From Raillietiella orientalis (lineage: Eukaryota), in contig JAYWIR010000022.1 in assembly GCA_036172245.1 (NCBI GenBank), forward strand, positions 186,001-250,000: a stretch of 64,000 nucleotides of DNA, written 5' to 3'. Below, one piece after another: positions 39,901 to 51,900 of this stretch; the first letter of the stretch is position 1, and each line of letters begins with the position of its first letter. Below the pieces are notes generated by a model. It saw only the letters and a list, made by a program, of their open reading frames with translations. It made no database searches and was not told the DNA's origin. The translations under genes and the position numbers were made by a program.

Positions 39901-42900
39901 GGCGGGCATGCTCTGGCACACTTGGCTCTGCCGCAATCCTTGCTTGGCCACATCCAGATCTGGGATCCAGGAAATGCCAGCATTGTTTGAATTACCTGCC
40001 GTGTTCTCTCTTGCACGCCCTGCACCCAGAAGAGAAGTGCTGCAGCTGCCGAGCCCTGCTTGCTGCTCCTGCGTTCGACGCAGCAGGACGTGACCCACGG
40101 CAGCACAATTCATACGCGGACGGACCACTTTTTTTTCCTCTCCTTCTCTCTTCCTTGGCCTGCAATGCACGGCAAAGCTCTCCTCCTCGAGGGCAGGTGA
40201 ACCTCTCCAAGCCGTATCGATCACATTCACTTCCAAAGAGAGCGCTGCCGTGCTGTGGAAATTCGGCGAATCGATCAGGGCCGCATCCTCGAATCCCAGC
40301 TCCTGATGCTGCGTATCCTTCATCTGTCAGCAGAATGATGGCAACGAACGGCAAAAAAAATGCTCGGTTTTCAACGAACCCTGCTGCCCCCCTCTGCTCC
40401 CTTCCGCCTCGACCTCCCTCCGCGCAGATGTGCGCATGCGCTGAAAGAAATAAACGGATGCTATGCCATCCCATCGCAGCCTCCTTTAAGTACCCGTGTA
40501 ATCTCTTCATGAATCCGCGGCGGATCAGTTTTGGAGTCATTTAAAAATTTAATTTCGGGATTGCCTCGAGCTCCCATAATCCCGATCCATGGTTAATCAT
40601 CCAGAATATCTCCATCGCTGCGGCGCTCCTCGGCGAACTTGTCTTTCGTCGCTCTGTGCTCCGGTCGGCAGTTCGACTCTCGCCTCTTCCCTTGGCATCT
40701 GCCTGCTCCTCTCCGCCGAGCAGGCAAGCAGAGACCCCGAGCTCGCACTCCCCGTCTGACCCCTCTTTTCCGAGTACCCACGTTCCGCTGCTTCCTTCGG
40801 AGACGGAAGTTGTCGCTCGCGAGGGCGGTTTCCTGCTGCTGGACGCACGGGGATTCTGGGAGGAAAACAACTGCAACAACGAAGTTACCAATAGCGGCGG
40901 CGGAGTTAATCGTCCTGGGGAAGCCCCCATCCCGGGAAACACCGACTCACGCAACGGCCAAGGATCTTCAGACGGTATAAAAGGAGACGACAGGCTTCGT
41001 CAAGGAGGAAAGCAATTCCTCCTCCTCCCCTTTCCTCCAAAAACTATCTGGGAATTTCATCCTTAAACGTGAAAGGGACCTTCATAATTGGAACGGACTC
41101 CCCTCGTCGCAGAAAAACAAAGTGGCAATTAAGTTGCAGCGCTTGCAAAAGGAAAAAGTACCTCGTGTGGAATTCACTCCACGGATGAGAAGGAGCGACT
41201 TTCCTCTTCCGCGCTGGAGCAGTCAGTCGCCTCGTAGACTTCCCATGTTTTCCCTCAGCCACAGATCGTTGCCAGGGCAGCGGCGGGCGGAGCGGCGAGT
41301 TCGGTCGGTTCCCCGCTATCTCTGCGGCTGCCGGCCCCCAGTTCTCGCGGATGCACCAGAAATGCACCCGTTCAGGGCGGCCGGCCCCGCAACGGAAGGG
41401 AGGAGGCTAAAAAGCGAAAATCCCGTTCCTTTCCGTGGCCACTGGAAACGCGTGGTGAGCGGAGGAATTTTCGCCCCTCCCAGGAGGGATGAAAGTTGTC
41501 CCCGTGAAAAGAACGGGGGCGATGCGGAGGGCGAGAGGTAGCAGTGGAAAGCAACTAAGGGGAGAGGAGGGAATGCGGATGGCCTATTTTTAGCTGCCGG
41601 CAGCCTTAAAAATACATTTGGCGAGCCAAGGTTGCCGGGAGACACTCCTTCCACCCGCAAAGCCTTCGAAACAGGTTCTCTGCAAGCAACAATCGGAAGG
41701 AAAATTGAGCGACCAATCAGAGCCCTCAAAAAAAGCGAGGGAAAAGCAAAACGAAACAAAGAAAAAGAAACGGGAAGCGGGAAATGGGATTCTTCCATTT
41801 ACATTTCCATTCCGGAGGGGGACTCGAATAAATGGAGATTCGCGGCCCCTTTTCCCGACCCCCCTTCCCCTCCCTCCACGTTTGCGGGAGCTGTGTAGGC
41901 GCAGGGTCTTTTTTTGCGAAGCCGAATCCCTGCGGAGGGTGAAGTGGGGCAGGAAAGAACTGGGATGAGGTTTCTGTGCTCCTTGCCACTCTACAGCGCG
42001 TCCCACGCCGCTCGGGATCTTCTTCTTCGGTCCCTATTGTCCCCGCCTCGCGGGGGAGTCTCTTGTCGCGGACGCCGTCAAGGAGAAGATGATGGAGTCC
42101 ATTACCACCACCACGCCCCCTTGAGGATGTCGAGTTTGCTGTCGATGAAGTGGCGATCTCCATGGATAACGAAGGATCCCCCAGGCTTTGGTTCCACGGG
42201 GCAGCGACTGCTAACGAGACCCGTGCGGGTCGCCGCCGATGATCTCCGGATGAGCGGGCACGAGACGCCTGTCCCCGGCTCTCTTCCTCTCGCAGCTGCC
42301 GCTTCCGTCCGCTCGGCTCAGCTCTCAGCCACTCAGCCGCCGCCGCCGCCGCGCGTGCGTCTCACCTCTCCGTCGCGCTTGGTCTTCCCTGCCCCCCCTC
42401 CCCGCGTGCGCTTCTGCATTTGGGCCGCGTGACCTTCCCCCGGGTGGAGAGCGCTCACGGCCCGGTTCGCATGCTGGCGCACAACAGGGAGCGCGGGAGG
42501 AGGAGGGGCAGCCTCTCGCTCCCCGAGTCTCCGGGGCGATCGATCCCGACTGGATGCCCACAAGCTCCGGGAACCCGGAAGAATTGGGCGCTCGTCCCGG
42601 GGACGGCGCCCAATTCGGAGGGCGGCGGGAGGGGCACTGCTGTTTCGGGTGGTGACGAGGCTCCCTGGCACGAAGGCAGCATCCAGTCCTCGGTATGGAC
42701 ACCACCACTCCCGGAGCGCCCTGGGAAGCGGCGTCCCCAGGATCAATCGAGGAATGCTCGACGGAGTCCTCCTGAAGACGCGGCTCCGGGACTCCCGGGT
42801 TTTTACTGCAGCCCATAAAATTTTCACGGCCGACGTCGTCGTCCCGCTCGGCTCCCGCCGCCCGCGTCCCTCCACGAGGACGGGAATCCGGGATCTTCCC

Positions 42901-45492
42901 TCCCCCCCCTCCCTTCGTCCGTCCTCCATCCCCTGTTCTGACGCGCTCCGGGATGCTTCGGGTTATTCCCCTTCCATCCGTAATGGGAGCGATCTGGGAC
43001 TGTTGCCGGGACACGGCCCGTGGAGAGTCTGCGTTCGCGGGGTTCCTCCTTGTGATCCTGGGGAGGAAGGAAGGAGGGGGTCCCGCTTCTCCCTCTCGGG
43101 ACCGCGGGAAGGAAAAGGGATGCATCCTCCAGGGAGACAGGATCTCCCGCTGCGACGGCCAATGCCTTCGGGGATCGCGTCGGGACCGCCCCTCAGGCCC
43201 GCCTTCCCACTCGCGGGCTCGGCCCAAAGTCGCCTCCTTCCTTCCTGGACGGCGGCGATCCCCGAGGTCGCCTCAACTCTTTCGCCTCTGGTCAGCGCTA
43301 ACCTCCGCTTCGGCAGTTACACCCCACTGCGAAAGTAAACGCGCACCGGTGACCGCGAGGGGTCGCTTGGCTATCCACTGTTCCTCCCCCTGCGAAGGTC
43401 ACGGGAGGCGTCGACGACCCTTCCGAGCCGAGCGTTCCTCGAGAGCGGGAGAGAATGGAAGTCGCCTCGGCGTGTCGCGGTGAGCCCTCGGGGCCCGAGG
43501 TTCCGCCCAGCGGGCAGGAGTCGCGCCTCCCACCCTTCTAAGGACACGCCTTGGCGCACATCTCGGAGGGAACCTCACAGGAAGTGGAGGATAAGGATCT
43601 TTGGAGGGCAGCCGAGGACATGATATGGAGAGCAACTCGGATACAGTTCTGGGAAAGAAGTGGCTGTCGTGACCCGAGAGGCGCTTTATGGAGCTTTCCA
43701 GGAAAAGAAGGCGAAGCTCACAGCATCCGCTCCCTCCTGTCTTTCGGGGAAGGCTGCGCTCCCTTGGTGACGGCGTAGTAACCGTGAGGGTCACCCAGAG
43801 ACCGAGCGGATGGTCACTGGAATACCGACACGCCGGTGGACGGTTACCGGAGGAGGATCGAGGGAAACTAGGAGATGCCCGGTCGAGCGCCCTCGCTATG
43901 GCGGAATTCGGCGAGGGAGTTCAAATCAGTTCGGGGCAAGAGAAGACCCTCCTGCTTCTCGGCCGTCCTGTGGTCGAGTCCCCTCCGGGCTCAGATCACC
44001 ACAAACGGCTGCTGCTCCCTGCAGTGCTCCCCCCTCCAGAGCAGGGGCCGAGGCAACATTCCGACTATCCTTCATCCGCCCTCGCAGGCACACTCTGCTT
44101 CCTGGGAGGTCCGCCTGTCCCGAGTCATGAGGTTCCCGCACCTGGTTCCTCGAGATCCCTACTTTCCACCAGAGGCTCTCACCTTCGGCTTGCGGGCGCA
44201 GAGCGGACCTCTCCAGCCTCTGCGCTGGTGCCGGCGACTCTTCCTGCTTTCTGGTCCTTCTGCAGCTCACCGCAGGGAATAGGGGGAACAGAAGCCCTCC
44301 TGTACGAAGCACCGATAAAGCCCGTAACGCAGGTGCTGCGCCCGTGCAGCAGATGGGGGGAGAAGGAGGCTGTGCGGGGGAGCGACGGGATATTCTGACT
44401 CGGTGTCTTCTCCCATCCCTTTCCGGGGGGGAGCTGGACAGAAAACCCCATTGGATGTCTACGAAGCCATCCCGAGGAGAGGGCGCACAGCATCTTCACT
44501 GATGTGAAGATGCTGAACTGTTCTTCTGCGGTTCCCAGGGCTGCTTCCGTCCCAGTTCACATCCAGTCGCAGCGCTGCCTTTTCTCGGCAGCAGCCGCCG
44601 CCATAGCCTCACTACGCATCCCCTTCTTCCTTCCCTTCCCCCTCCGCTTTCGGGATCTGACCGTCCCGTTGTTCCTTGATATCCTTTTCCCCAAAGGGAT
44701 GAGAGGGGGGGCACCTGTACGCTCCGCTGAGCTATGGTGTGTGCACTTTTCTCCCCCTCTCCTCCAAGGGAGCGTCCGCTGGCGCGCTCGCCTTCGGACT
44801 GGCGCGTGCGACTCGATCGTCAGCAGCAAACAGTAGCCATTCCGCTGGAGAGGGGGATGTACAGCGGCAGGTGGCGTTCGCGCAACCTCCCCCTCCGTCT
44901 TCCCTCTCCTCCCCCCTCCTGTCTCCCGCGCTCTCTCTTAGCTACACGCTTAAGGAGGACGGACGATACTGGGAACGCTGACTTCAGAAGATGTCTTGGC
45001 GTGGATCCCGCCTGACATGATCGTCTTCCCCCGTTCCTCGTTCTTATGTGTGCGGCCAGGTGAGAAGAAAGCAAGCAACCCTTATGTGAACCGGAAGCTC
45101 CGTACCGAAAGAAAGCAGCAGCCGTAACAACGGAGGAAAAGAAAGGAAGAAAGAAAAAAAGGTTAGAAAACAAAAATCATCAGGAGACTGCTGCCAAAAC
45201 GGAATTGTTTGCTGCGAAAATATCATAATCTGGAGTGTGTGACGATGACTTTTGCGAACCGACTCGCTGGCAAGGTATCCCTTGTCCGAAATAAAGCTCT
45301 CTCGGTGACCCAGCCCGATCTAAGTGTCAAATAAACCAGTGATGGGATCGCATTACCTCGTTTGTCTCAGACGTTAGGACGCACTGCTGCGAGAGGAACT
45401 CAAGGTAGCTAAGCAGTTCGGAGCCATCGCACGACACGGCGCGCTGTTCCTCAGACGACCCAGTGAAAGCGCCCGGCGACAGAGCAAGTGCC

Positions 45493-45556
45493 ATGATCTC
45501 TTTCCGACTCATCTATTTCCTCGTTACGTGTTTTGTGCTTCCCTGCCCAGCTGAAG
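45493..45556 (+). CDS. fred: Exon 1: signal peptide MISFRLIYFLVTCFVLPCPAE(G)
   Basis: gtgccATG context, hydrophobic 21-aa leader, strong phase-1 donor G|GTGAGT matching the phase-1 acceptor at 54323/54324. Confidence 0.8.
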
Positions 45557-45911
45557 GTGAGTACCATCCCGGGCCGCGTTAAATCTTGTGCCGTGCGTGT
45601 TCAAATCCTGCGAATCGTGCGCACTTTTCGATCCGCACCCACCAACGGGAAAGTCCTCGATACGAGAGGGGCCTATGTCCACCCCCGCCAACAATGCGCG
45701 CACCGCGCATCGTTGGCGGGGGTGGACGCCATTGGTTCGGAGTTAGGCCTCGCTCGAGGAGCGAGTCTCGGAAGTGTTGTTTGTTTGTCCCCGGCCATCA
45801 ATCAACGCGTAATGTAGTGCTTGCGTGTGCACATTGGAATTCCGGTCGCTCTGACAAGACGGTTCCAACCGGAGTACATTTCGGATTGCAACACTAGTGT
45901 GAAGCATAAAG

Positions 45912-45948
<37 letters not shown>

Positions 45949-48900
45949 ACGTTCGGGAGAACGAGCCTTCGTAATTGCTCCTACAAAGTGCTTAACGGAA
46001 CAAGAAAGTGCTAATGCAGGCATGCCTTAGCATGCATTAAGTCGGAGATGAGTCCAGAATTATGAGTACTGAAATGGATGTAAGTGAAAACACCATGTTT
46101 GCCATCCTGGAATCGTGGAACGAAGGGAAAAAAATTCCCTCCTCCGGATGGTGACGTCCAGCGAATGACGAAAACGATTCCATTTGCGTGTTGGCTCCAA
46201 CGTTTGGTCAAAGTACGGTTTCTTTCCGAAAGAATTCCCCGGAAGTATTGAGAAATGCTGCGTGTCCATCATCATGGAAAAACATGTCTGCAAATAGTTG
46301 TCATGAAAAAAAAAAAAAAAAAAACGCCCGAAAAAAGAAAGAAAGAAAGAAAAGCCATGGAACCTAAACGTTTTCCTGGGGGATACCTTGGCGTGGCTTC
46401 TCCCACATAAGGATGCAGTCATGCTTTCGGTTATTCGGTCTGGAAGAGCAAGTTGATATATCAGCTTTCGAAGGCTCCGATGCTAGTGATTTGCGAATAT
46501 CATTAATTTCTCCACTCAGTATGAAACGTTTCGAATTTTCATGGTCTTGCCTGATGGCTCCCTGCACTGAGTTCCTGCATTTTTGTCGTCCCAGGGGATT
46601 TTGTTTTGTTGCGTTTCTCTGTAGATGAAATATTGCTGGTAGAAATACCCACGTATTGTGCACGGCAGACCTATCCAACTATCAAACCCATAGAACTTTT
46701 ATAGAATGAATTGCTCTGAAGAAAAAGCTTCCCTCAAACTCTTGCACTACATACATATATTAGTGAAAAGAAGCAAACAAGGCGGCAAAGCCAAGCTGCT
46801 GAGCTTTTTGATTCACTGCTAAATGGTAAACGTGACGCTGAGGACGAAGAGGAATAGAGGTCTTTAGGGGTGTCTCGAATGAAAAATAACTCTTTAAGAA
46901 GTTTGGCAGGAACCAGTCGACTGGCACGGTGGCAGTAATGCCTCTCGTTTCTCTCCGGGAAGGTCCATCATACGCACCATGGAAGAAGCAGGTTGGTTGT
47001 CCGAGTGGCAGTTGCAGCGACTGCGTTCTTCGGCTCCTGGGAGCAGGTTGTCAGCATGGCCGCAGGATCTGTACCTCAAATGGGGGTGGTTCATTTTTTA
47101 CTGAAAGTCAGGGAGTCGGCTGCCTTTTTTTTTTCTATAGCCTCTTTGATTCAATCGTCTCAGCCGTGTTGAGAAAAGTAGAAATTCCATCTCAATTTGG
47201 AATTTCATGACATTCGGACGACGTCACTTCTGTCAATTGGGACCTAGAAAATGATGTCTGATAAGAGACCTTACTTACGTTTATGAACAACAAAGGGATA
47301 ATATCTCAAACGAATTCTAAGGTTCTCTGGAACGAACAGTTTTTTCCAGAATACAGGGTTATTCGCATCATCAGTCGTTTCCCTAAAATGTATGCGTGTG
47401 TGCTTTTTTCACATCCCACAAGAGCCCTGTCGAGCAGCTCTGGTTATTATTTTTGTTTCTTTCTTTTAACTAGGATGATCAAATGGTCCATTTGTGTAAG
47501 GTCATGAGTCGGTTTGTTGTAAAGAAGCACACCTTGTTGGCCATGTTTATTGGTCCATGCACGTTTGCTGTTTTTTTGCTTTTTCCTTAAAACAGACCTC
47601 TTCATCCTCAAGTGCATGAACAGTTTCGCGGAAAGGTCAATGAGGACGTAATCCACACAGCAAGCACCTACACCGTGTTGCGGTCACTGGCCCTAATTCA
47701 TACCTATGTACTTTACCTGAGGAATGAACTTTTCCTGGCACGCGCTTACAATCAGCGATGAAATTCGGTCAACCTCATCAACTTCTTCGCCACTTATTAA
47801 TCCGCTAATCAACCAGCAACAATAAGTGAATAATTGAAAGTGCATTCATCTCGAGCGAAAGCAGTTTCCGTGGAGTTTGCGAGGATGTTCCCTTATGCCC
47901 CAACCATGGGACGCACGCGAAAAGTTTTACGGCCGTACTGTGTGGGACTGCGATCCTTTATGGTCCAAGAGCTGAGCCTGCATGGTAAGAGGCCACCCCG
48001 CGTGGCGCGAAAAGCGACCTGCAGCAGTGCGTACGGTTGATACGGGCAACGGGAGCCGTCGTTGCTAATTGCGGATCCGCTCCTCGTTCTCGCTGCGCGT
48101 TGAAGAGTCCTTTCTAAATCTTCCTTGTGCTAAAATTTCCCGTTGTTCCCGATTCCGGGTTCCTGGAAGCGGTCGACTCCCCCTCCCCTTCCTTCGTCTT
48201 TCCGAAGGCAACTTCGATTGCTAGGCAACAGCAGAGGCAGGAAAGCTTATGAGTGTCATCACATTTCCCGTCGCCGTCGAGCAGAGGAATGACGTCATTT
48301 CGTTCGCTACGCGAAAAAAGTCCTCGGTAGGGAAGGCCATCGGACCGATCTTTTGGAAAAGAGGTACGCCTTGGGATCTCGTGTGGCTCTTTCCTCGAAG
48401 TCGATTGCCCGTCCTGATGGAGTGCTGTTTGAACGTGCGGCCGAAAAATCCCCAAGCAGGGGTGGGAGCACGGTGAGCAAGACGGACACTTCCCGGTGCA
48501 GTTTTCTTCCTTCACCCTTCTTGCATTTTTCTTGTTCTTCTCCTCCTTCTTCCACTCTTTCCTCCCCTCTCAGTTTTCCCTCCCTTTTTGGCTGCGCAGT
48601 GTGGCTCCAGGAACTGCCATCTTTTCTCTGCGGTGAGCGGTCACGCTTGGCACGCTTGCGAGTGTGCCATCTGTCAAAAAGGATTTTCTCTCCGGTCGGT
48701 GGAGTCGTTTTCGGCTTTCGCATTGTTCCTTGAATGTCGGAAAGCACGTCTCCCAATCTCGCTCCCGAAGCCATCCTCCCTCACGTGTATAAATACTTTC
48801 TCGTTGCCGCCGACGGATCTACTTGGAAGGGTTCCCATAACAACCGCTCGGATCGCGTGACCTCAAAACACCCCTGTTTCTTCCCTCCTTCCACGCCCGG

Positions 48901-51900
48901 TCGGGAAGGCGAACCACGCGAAGCTTTTGCGCCCTCGACGACGTGGAGCGAGCGCTGCCGCAACCGTTGCCTCTTTGCTTCCGTTTCCTTCGCAGCCACC
49001 CATCCCCCTCCTCTCCCATCTCTCCTCAGCCAAAGCAACTTGGCAGACAGCCTCCTTCGGTCGGTGCTCTTGATCGCTAAAAGACGCCATCCGCAGCTTC
49101 CAAAAATAGCAAACCGGTGGCGGAGGGGTTTTTCCTTCTTTTCCTTTCCTCGACGCCTGGCTCCTGGAGGAGAGGGGGTGGCGGGGGAAGGCTCCTCTGA
49201 GGAGATTGTGGCACGCAAGGGCGCAGTGCTCTCTCTTCAACTCTTCCCTCCCACCCGACGCAAAAAGCATCTTCCGAGGGATTGACGTGATCCAGGAATT
49301 GCGGCCGACCCATGGGTGTCAGAGACCACGGGAACCTCTTCTCTAGCACCTTTCCTTTTGACCGCGATCCCGAAGCTCGTTCCCGTCCTACCTAGCGGTG
49401 CTCCCGGACGACGATCGCCTCTCGCCACGCATCCCTGATGGAGGTCTCTATTTCCTGCCGTCCACGAAATCACTTCGCCAGGAGACGCCTCCGCCTGCCG
49501 TGGTCCTTGGGACTGGGTCCATGGAGTGAGGTCGCCCGCGAGAAGCTCCTCCCCCGAAAAATATTGAGGGAGGAGAGGAAGGACAGATCGCGAATGCAGC
49601 TGAGATCTTCCTTTCTAGGCCTTCGTGGACCAACCCTTTTTCCTATCCTGACTGATGACGATCAAGCACATCCTCACCGCTCCTCCAGGTGCCGACATTC
49701 TCTGGCGGGTCATCGCCGTCCTCCTTTCCATTCTTCCTCTTCCTCCCTCCTCCCTTCCTCTTCCTCCCTTTGTCCTCCCTATTCTTCCTGATCTTCCATT
49801 CCCTTTCCCTCTCTCTGCCCATCCCCCCCCTCCCTCTTCCCCCTGGATGAGCAGGACGCTTTTCTGAAACGAATAAAGGGAAGGAGGAGGGGGGTGGAAA
49901 CCTTTGGGAATGGACTTCTCGATTGACGCCAGGACTTGGCGCCGTGCTCTCCCAGGAGAGATTGGGGGGAAGGCGAGTCTTCTGCGGAGCTCCCGAGAGG
50001 AAAATTTCCCCGTCTCGGAGGCGGCGCGCTTGGAAAACGCGGCGCACCCTTGGTGTCCCTTGGCCCTCCCAACCTGAGGATCCGGAAATCCGTGCCCAGA
50101 GAGACCATCACCTAAGCTGGGAGCTTCTGCGGCGGCGGGGACGCGCAGCCAGCCCCCTTTTTCCCCCCGGTCAGGATCCGCCGAAGTTCCCACGGCCTCC
50201 TCGTCACCGCTTCCCGACATTCCTCCCCGCCCCCCTGTGCTGCGTTGCCGCCGCGGAGTCGGGAAATTTTCCCACACGTGCGCCATCCTGAGCTGAGTCA
50301 CCCTCCTCCCTCCTCGTCAACGCCCGCGCGCACGCCCGCGAGAGAGCCCCACGCGGCGTGCGCTGCATTTCCCCGTGCAGTCATCCCGGAATTGTCGTAC
50401 TCCCTCCTCTCCTCGTCCCGTTACCAGGATCAGCGATTCGCCTCGCAGAAGGACCGACGAGGATCGAGCTGGGGAACGGGAGTGGGAGCGGAAGACTCCC
50501 GCAGGGGTGGTAGGGATGAGCCGATCCCATCTCGGAGGAAATCTCGAGTGAGACCTTCAGGCGAGGTCACGCCGGGAGAGGGAGGGACAGGGACCAGTCA
50601 CTCTCCTGGCTGCCCTTATTTCCTAGGTCTGGGAGCTGGAGGGCTCGCTGGCCGTGCGTGGAACGCATTTCTTTCCCTCGTTCCCTTGGGGTCCTCTCAG
50701 TGACCTCTGGCTCGCGCGCGACGAAAACTTCTCCCGCTTCCCGGACTCCCGGCTCACAAGGTCGACTTTCGCCCCGATAGGGCCAGAGGGAGCGCCGACT
50801 GGAGACTGGCGTTGTCCCTGATACAGGGTCAGTAACTCTTCTTGGCTGACCGTGAAGCGAGAACAGCGGGGTGCACTCCGAATGGCAGCAGGACGCGCCT
50901 GCGGGACCGATGGAAGAGGAGCCTCCGGCGATGGGTAGGGTGCTCCTCTTCCATCCTCTCTGACGCGGGCTCTGCGGACGTGACCAACCCCGAACGGGAC
51001 GGCGACCCGCCACGGCAGTGGTCCCCGTCGTCATCGGTTGCCGGGTGGGCTGCAGGGCTGGAAGAGGGGACGCGGTTGGCGATGGGAAGAGCTTCCGGCT
51101 GGGAGTGTTTCTCGTCACGGAAGCCGAAGGGAGACGGGAGGTGGCGAACCAGGCGAGGGCCGGGCTGGTAGTTTCGGAGAGCTCCCGGGTTCTTCAGTCG
51201 TCGAGAAGGAATTCGAGATGGTCGCGTTCATCTGTGTCGCCCAGACGCGTGGAGGGCGGAACTGTTCCGCGCCGCGTCTCTCCTTCAATTAACAAGCAGG
51301 AGAAAAAAGAATCTGCATCCTTGAGGAAAGCAAAGACCCGTGAAAAAACAGGGAGCCGTGTTTTGTGTTGTCACCCGCACCAGAATGCTTGCGAGGAGCG
51401 GAGCGCATCTCCACCCTGGTGACTCTTCCATCCTTCACAATAAGAGCGAATGCCGAAAGGAAACGCGGTTGCCTGGATACGAACCTGATTTCTCGGACGA
51501 TTTGAGCTTTTCGGAGTGTGTGTTTCGAGAATGATTCGCTTACTCAAAGAATCTCATCTCGCCTGCTTGCGTCCCACGGAAAGATGCTAACGCGGGCAAG
51601 TGACCTGGAAAATGCATCGAACTGGTGGTGTGCGGGGAACTCGGCCTCTCTGAGGCCTCGCAGAGCAACGAGAAGAGAGAACACAGATCTGCGCTTCCGT
51701 TAGTCTGCATATTTGCCTCTGCCCTGTTTGGATCACTCGCGTGCGGCCCTGCTGCCTCGAATCTTTGCTCATGTATAATAAAATGATCAGTACACACAAT
51801 GGTGTGTATTACGTGCACCGGTTGTATGCATTTTCGTACACGCTGCGGGGACAGGTTTCCGCGAAAGCAAGCGAATTTCTTGCGTTCATTCCTGTGCGCA

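Noticed and set aside
2161..44400. Many 150-360 aa ORFs rich in Arg, Pro, Gly, Ser and Ala on both strands
   Set aside because: They overlap in several frames, lack domain motifs and codon bias, and are expected in GC-rich non-coding DNA
9670..50280. Su(H)-like GTGRGAA sites, E-boxes and E2F-like sites
   Set aside because: No evident excess over chance and no clear paired clusters
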